Origin: Myxococcota bacterium
GTDB lineage: Bacteria > Myxococcota_A > Polyangia > Nannocystales > Nannocystaceae
Reading direction: 5' to 3'
DNA length: 64,000 nt
Assembly: GCA_039028615.1 (NCBI GenBank)
Contig: JBCCHT010000002.1
Coordinates: forward strand, 512,001 to 576,000
Positions within the stretch are counted from its first letter, which is position 1. The number at the start of each line of letters is the position of its first letter. This document shows, in pieces, positions 58,928-64,000 of this stretch. The notes beneath the pieces are model-generated. The model did no database searches. It was not told the origin of the DNA and was given only the letters and a program-made list of their open reading frames with translations. The position numbers and the translations under genes were made by a program.

Positions 58928-61599
58928 AGTTCCGAATCCTTACCGCGACCGCAGCCATCGTTCGATGGGCAGGGCCGCGTCGTCGTCGTCGTCGGTGCGC
59001 AACATTTCTTGCCGCGCTCGCCGGGCTGCAGCGCCTCGCTACGCCCGGCCCCCGTGGTCTCGGGCGCGGCCCACTGCGCCCGCGCGAGCAAGAACCGCGT
59101 GGATGCGACGACGTCCACAGGCGCTTCGTTGCGAGTCATCAACTCGAGCGCACGCCGAAGGTGGCCCGCCGCGACGGCCGGCCGCCCCCACTCGAGCTCG
59201 CGCTCGCCCAACTCCGCCAGCATCACGTGCACCGTGGGGTCTTGGTCGCCGCGAGCCTCGGTTCGGATCTCCAGCGCCCGCTCGTAGGACTCACGCACCG
59301 AGGCGCCGGCCCCTGCCCTGCGCCGCGAGTCGGCAAGCTGATAGAGCGTGTCGCCGACCAAGGGGTGCGTGGGCCCGAGGACCGCCTCACGGATCTCCAG
59401 CGCGCGCCGAAACAGCGACGCCGCGCGGGCATCGTCGCCGAGCCCCACGGCGGCCCTCCCCAGCGTATGGAGCCCGATGGCGGTGCTCGGGTGCTGGGGG
59501 CCCACCGTCTGCTCCCAGATCTCCACCGCCCGGCTCGCGTAGCCCTTCGCCTGCTCGAACGAGCCCAAGCTGCGATGAATGGCGCCCAGGTTGTTCAGCA
59601 CGATGGCCGTGTTTGGATGCGCGGGCCCGAGGACGTCTTCGATGATCTCCAGCACCCGCGTGGTGGCGACGGCAGCCCCTTCGTCGTCTCCCCGCGCATT
59701 GCGAATGGCCCCGATGCTCGACAGCCGGGTGGCCTCGCGCAGGCGGGTCGGGTCGCCGCTGTGGTGAATCGCCGCCGCTGCATGGTCCGCCCACAACAGC
59801 CCCTGCTCGGGCTGCCGGGCGGAGTAGCCCACCGTGAACGCGAGCGCGGTGGCGGCTTCGGCCGCGGTGCCCCACGAGCTCGAACGGAACGCCCGCAGGT
59901 AGGCCCGTCGCCCGACCGACTCGCTGCGCGCGAAGTCCCCAGCCGACAGCAGCAACGATGCCTCCTCTGCCATCGCCGAAGCGATGACCGGCTCCCAGCC
60001 CACGGACTCGGCCACCTGCCGCGCATTCCGAACGACGCGCAGCCCCTCGTCGACGTGTCCGGCCTGGCGTAGTGCCGCCGCCTTCGAGACATCCTTGCGC
60101 ACGGTGGCGATGGTCGGTCGCAGATCGGGTTCGGGTGGCGCCGGGAGGCCCGCGAGCACCCCGTCGTCGATGCAAAGCTCGGGGGACTCCAACTTGGCGG
60201 CGGAGTGCACCGCGACCTGCACGACGCGCTCGTCGGCCTCCACCAGCGCTTCGATCAGCGCCGACATCGAGGCCCGCTGCTCCTCGAGACACCATGCGGC
60301 TTTGTCCCGAGTCTCGGGAGACCAACGCTCGCGGATGGTCGCGTTCTCGCAGACGGAGGTTCGACTCGCGCGCCATTGCTGAGAGCGAAGATCGATCCAG
60401 GGCGCCACGTTGGCGGCCGTGGTCGCCGCATAGGGCGTTCGAGTGGCCAGCAGCGCGGCCCGGACTCGGTCGCGCGTCCCGTCGCTCCACGTGTCGTCGA
60501 TGGCCGCCCCGGCGCGCTCACAGGCGGCTTGCTTCGTCGACTGTTCCCAGTGGTCGTGTCCGACCAGCGCCCCGGTCAGCGCCAGCACGGCCCCCACCGC
60601 CAGCGCGGCTCGGTTTCGTCGCCGTCGAGCGGGCTCCGCCCCCAACGTCTCCAGGGCGTGTGCCATGTCGACGAAACGATTGCCCGGGGAAAGGGCGAGG
60701 CCCCGCTCGATGACGCGATGCAGCCACCGCGGCACGCCGCGGCGCGCAGGCGGATCCCGCAGCTGCCCTCGCAAGACGCTGAAGGCGATCGAGTTCACAC
60801 ATTGCCCCGCGAACGGGCGCTGTCCGTACAGCGCCTCGTACAGGACCACGAAGAACGCGAACTGATCGGTGCACGGCCCCAGCTCCCCGTGGCCGAGCTG
60901 CTCCGGGGCCATATAGGCCGGCGTCCCCACGAAGCCGTCGCCGTTGACCGTCGCCTCCAGCAGCGAGGTCTGGGGCACGCTGATGTCCCCATCGCTCTCC
61001 AGCTCGACGCCTTCCGCCGCCGAGCCGCCGGCCCGCACCAGGCCGAAGTCCATGACGCGCACTCGACCGTCGTCGCCGATCATCACGTTGTCGGGCTTGA
61101 AGTCGCGATGGACCAAGCCCTGCTCGTGCGCCGCCGCCAGACCGTGGCCGGCCGCCACCAGCACCTCGAGCACCTGCCGCCACGGCCGAACCGTCTCCTC
61201 GTTCGCCAGCCACCGCGTCAGCGTGGAGCCCCGCACGAACTCCATCCCCACGAAGACCTGCCCCTCGTACTCCCCGACGTCGTAGACCCCCACGACATTG
61301 GGATGACTCAGGCGAGCGAGGGCCTGCGCTTCCTTGTGCAGCCGCTTCCGTTCGAGGTTCGATCCGGCTCGACGGTGGCGCACCAGCTTGAGCGCAATGC
61401 GTCGATCGAGCTCTGGGTCGTAGGCGGAGAACACCACGCCCATCGCCCCCGCTCCGAGCCGCGCCAGCACCACATAGCGGCCGATCTTCGCTCCCGGCTC
61501 CGGCTCTCGATACCGTCGAACCGGACCATCGTCGCCGGTCTGCGTCTCGGCGCTCGTGGGGGCCAGGGTGTCCAATACGCTCTGCGGCTGCTCGGTCAT
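58924..61599 (-). CDS. Hanks-type Ser/Thr kinase with TM and TPR repeats (possible frameshift near the C-terminus)
   Basis: GAGAMG, ALK, HRDFKPDN, DFG, GTPAYMAPE; GPxHP TPR repeats. Confidence 0.93.
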   Translation of the reverse strand: MTEQPQSVLDTLAPTSAETQTGDDGPVRRYREPEPGAKIGRYVVLARLGAGAMGVVFSAYDPELDRRIALKLVRHRRAGSNLERKRLHKEAQALARLSHPNVVGVYDVGEYEGQVFVGMEFVRGSTLTRWLANEETVRPWRQVLEVLVAAGHGLAAAHEQGLVHRDFKPDNVMIGDDGRVRVMDFGLVRAGGSAAEGVELESDGDISVPQTSLLEATVNGDGFVGTPAYMAPEQLGHGELGPCTDQFAFFVVLYEALYGQRPFAGQCVNSIAFSVLRGQLRDPPARRGVPRWLHRVIERGLALSPGNRFVDMAHALETLGAEPARRRRNRAALAVGAVLALTGALVGHDHWEQSTKQAACERAGAAIDDTWSDGTRDRVRAALLATRTPYAATTAANVAPWIDLRSQQWRASRTSVCENATIRERWSPETRDKAAWCLEEQRASMSALIEALVEADERVVQVAVHSAAKLESPELCIDDGVLAGLPAPPEPDLRPTIATVRKDVSKAAALRQAGHVDEGLRVVRNARQVAESVGWEPVIASAMAEEASLLLSAGDFARSESVGRRAYLRAFRSSSWGTAAEAATALAFTVGYSARQPEQGLLWADHAAAAIHHSGDPTRLREATRLSSIGAIRNARGDDEGAAVATTRVLEIIEDVLGPAHPNTAIVLNNLGAIHRSLGSFEQAKGYASRAVEIWEQTVGPQHPSTAIGLHTLGRAAVGLGDDARAASLFRRALEIREAVLGPTHPLVGDTLYQLADSRRRAGAGASVRESYERALEIRTEARGDQDPTVHVMLAELGERELEWGRPAVAAGHLRRALELMTRNEAPVDVVASTRFLLARAQWAAPETTGAGRSEALQPGERGKKCCAPTTTTTRPCPSNDGCGRGKDSEL

Positions 61600-61814
61600 T
61601 CAGCGTCGTTCCTACCTACCCCCGCAACGGTCGAACCGTAGCAACGCACGAGTCGGACGCCGCGCCCCTTCGACGAACGGTCGCTCGCGTCGACGAACGG
61701 TCGACCTGGCGTACCGCGAGTCCGGCTACGGGCCACTGCCCAGGAGCGCGGCTCGATTGCACTGCGCTACCGATTAATCCGAACTCGAAAGACCGAACAA
61801 ACGAGCGCGGCGAA

Positions 61815-62939
61815 CTAGCGAACGAAGGGCTTGGCCATCACCCAGGTCGCGCGGCGGAACCACAGCTCCGCGACCTCTTGGGCCGGCTTGTCCTCGGTCG
61901 CTTCGCGCTGGGTGAAGCGCAGCATCGAGTCGATGTAGACGTAGCCACACTCCTCGGTATGCGCTTGGCACTTGAGCTTGCCGTCTTCGGGAGCCAGCAA
62001 CGAGCGCCCCGCGATGCCGCCGTCGAGCGAGACCTTGCCCTCGAACCACGTGGCCTGGGCCTCTCCCAGCTTGTAGATGGCGACCACCTTGGCCCCGTCG
62101 AAATCGACCTCGAGCCGCGGCTTGGCCTCGGCGGCCGCCCCTTCCTCGAGGTAGCTGCCGCCGTGGGCCTTGGCCACCGCCTTGCCCACCGCCGCCTCGA
62201 GGTCATCGGAGGACTTGGCCAGCGCCTTGACCCGCTCGCCCGCCGAGCGCCCGACCTGTTGGGCCTTGTCCTCAGAGCGAAAGACGGCCGCGTTGTCGAG
62301 CGCGAGCCGGGCCTTGCTCAGCTCGAGCATGCCCAGGCGCAGCTGCTTGGCGTGCTCACGAGCGGCCTTGCCCACCTGCGCGTCCTGAGCGAGACGGGCG
62401 ACTTCCTTGAGCCGCGGCACGTGTTCATCGAGCGCAGCATCGAGGGCTCGCAGCTCGGCTTCCGCCCCGGCGATGGCTCGTCGTGCCGGACCATCGCCGA
62501 ACACTTGTCCCTCACCCCAGCGGCCCTGCGGCGCTTCCGACTCGCAGGTGTGGCAGATCGGCGGCCCCGGATCGGTGTAGCGCTCGTCGATCGGCACCTC
62601 GAAGAAGCGAGAGTACTGGCGCGCGAAGGCCAGCTGCCGCTCGCGCTCGGCGATGACCTCGTCGTAGGACTCGGCCACGACGAAGCCCCACGGCGTGCCG
62701 CCCTCGCGCCACGCGATGGTCCAGCGAGTGCACGTGAGCGTGCCCGGATCGGCGGAGGTCGCCGAGCGAGCACCATCGCAAGACTCCAGCAACACCGGCT
62801 CGGCCGCCGCGATGGACGAAGGAGCCGGAGCACTCGGCTGCGGAGACGCCACCGGAGGAGTCACGGGCGCGGGAAGATCCTCCGCGCTCGGGCCAGTGAC
62901 CAAGAACAACAACAACGGCAGGGCAGATCGAACGACCAC
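61815..62939 (-). CDS. Hypothetical exported protein with coiled-coil middle
   Basis: Signal-like N-terminus, Pro linker, Cys pairs; typical codon bias. Confidence 0.75.
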   Translation of the reverse strand: MVVRSALPLLLFLVTGPSAEDLPAPVTPPVASPQPSAPAPSSIAAAEPVLLESCDGARSATSADPGTLTCTRWTIAWREGGTPWGFVVAESYDEVIAERERQLAFARQYSRFFEVPIDERYTDPGPPICHTCESEAPQGRWGEGQVFGDGPARRAIAGAEAELRALDAALDEHVPRLKEVARLAQDAQVGKAAREHAKQLRLGMLELSKARLALDNAAVFRSEDKAQQVGRSAGERVKALAKSSDDLEAAVGKAVAKAHGGSYLEEGAAAEAKPRLEVDFDGAKVVAIYKLGEAQATWFEGKVSLDGGIAGRSLLAPEDGKLKCQAHTEECGYVYIDSMLRFTQREATEDKPAQEVAELWFRRATWVMAKPFVR

Positions 62940-63171
62940 GAGACTGTGGGCAGATTAGCAGCCCAACCGGGCCACGCTCGCCCCCGGGGGGCACCAACCG
63001 TGCACCGGGTCACGCTTTCCTCCAGGACGAACGCACGCAGCCGCGCGAATCTCGCCCGGGCGACGGCGTGCGCGGCGTGGACCCCCGAGGGAACGGGCGT
63101 TGCTGGCCCCTTCGGGGCGGATCCCCGCGGGCCGTGCAACGCCCGGTCGCCGCGGTCGATTGCTTCCCCAC

Positions 63172-64000
63172 GTGACCCCAGCATGCTCGTCCACCACGGC
63201 CGGAACCCTCTCCGAAGCCCGTCCTCGCCCCCGTCGATTGCGGTGCATCGCGCTGGAACTCGACGGCGGGCGCCGGATCGCAGTGCCGCCCCGCGAGCCG
63301 CTGCGCGTGGGCAAGGGCCCCGACATCGACCTCGAGCTCGACGATCGCTACGTCAGCGGCCGCCATGCGACCGTCCGGCTGGCCCGCGATGGCGTCGTCG
63401 TCGAGGACCTCGGCTCCAAGAACGGAACCTATGTCGACGGGGTGGTCGTCGACCGAGCCTGGGCCCAGCTGGGCGCGGTGCTGCGCTTCGGGCGGGTGAG
63501 CGCACGAGTCGTCAGCGGCGGCGAGCCCTCGGTGGGCCGCGAGGAGTTCTCCGAGCTCGCGGTGGTCGGCACCAGCCCGGCGTTTCGCTCCGTCGTCGAG
63601 AAACTCGAGCGCATCGCCCGGGTCCGCTCTCCGGTGCTGCTGCGAGGAGAGACCGGCACGGGCAAGGAGGTCGCCGCTCGGGTGGTGCATCGCCACAGCG
63701 AGCGGCGGGCTCGCCCCTTCGTCGCCATCAACTGCGGGGCCATCCCCGAGTCGCTGGCCGAGAGCGAGCTGTTCGGTCACGTGCGCGGGGCCTTCACCGG
63801 GGCGCATCGCGATCGTCAGGGGGCCTTCAGCCGGGCCGACGGAGGCACCCTGCTGCTCGACGAGGTCGCCGAGCTCGCTCCTCTCATCCAGGCCAAGCTC
63901 CTGCGTGTCCTGGAGACGGGGCGCATGCTCCCCGTCGGCGCCGAGACGGAGCAACCGATCGACGTCCGGGTGATCGCCGCGACCCATCGCGACCTCGAGG
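63172..64000 (+). CDS. FHA-domain sigma54 enhancer-binding protein, 3' end runs off the window
   Basis: Not in the ORF track. Frame 1: VGK..VSGRHA..DLGSKNGT (FHA), GETGTGKE, AINCG, ESELFGHVRGAFTGA, LDEV. Confidence 0.93.
   Translation, partial: MTPACSSTTAGTLSEARPRPRRLRCIALELDGGRRIAVPPREPLRVGKGPDIDLELDDRYVSGRHATVRLARDGVVVEDLGSKNGTYVDGVVVDRAWAQLGAVLRFGRVSARVVSGGEPSVGREEFSELAVVGTSPAFRSVVEKLERIARVRSPVLLRGETGTGKEVAARVVHRHSERRARPFVAINCGAIPESLAESELFGHVRGAFTGAHRDRQGAFSRADGGTLLLDEVAELAPLIQAKLLRVLETGRMLPVGAETEQPIDVRVIAATHRDLE

Noticed and set aside
63010..63987. 325-aa minus-strand ORF
   Set aside because: Antisense shadow of the FHA-sigma54 activator, which the track omits because it has no stop in the window.

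Overview
A high-GC bacterial chromosomal window with about 53 protein-coding genes. The gene content points to a myxobacterium, probably Nannocystaceae-like (inference): many Cys-rich lipoproteins with Ser/Thr/Asp-rich stalks, a TPR Ser/Thr kinase, an FHA sigma54 activator and a DUF1592/DUF1552 pair. Housekeeping genes (glpX, hom, eno, rpmB, queD, fabH-like, fused moaD-moaE) are interspersed with envelope and signalling genes. I found no rRNA, tRNA, CRISPR array or mobile element. Best candidates for undescribed biology: (1) a terC / beta-barrel / ECF-sigma-TM-TPR fusion / FG-GAP lipoprotein cluster with the same 30-nt bipartite motif upstream of both the sigma gene and the lipoprotein gene; (2) a 1076-aa signal-less protein with an OmpA-like domain inserted between Pro/Thr linkers and four C-terminal beta-rich repeats, lying near a signal-less peptidoglycan amidase; (3) four tandem lipoprotein paralogues plus one dispersed copy sharing an invariant 26-Cys scaffold; (4) a CotH-family kinase lipoprotein divergent from a Cys-repeat/nidogen-like protein; (5) an apparently catalytically dead M16-like pair with a DsbA-like protein downstream of eno. 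All family calls come from motif recognition by eye, not database searches.
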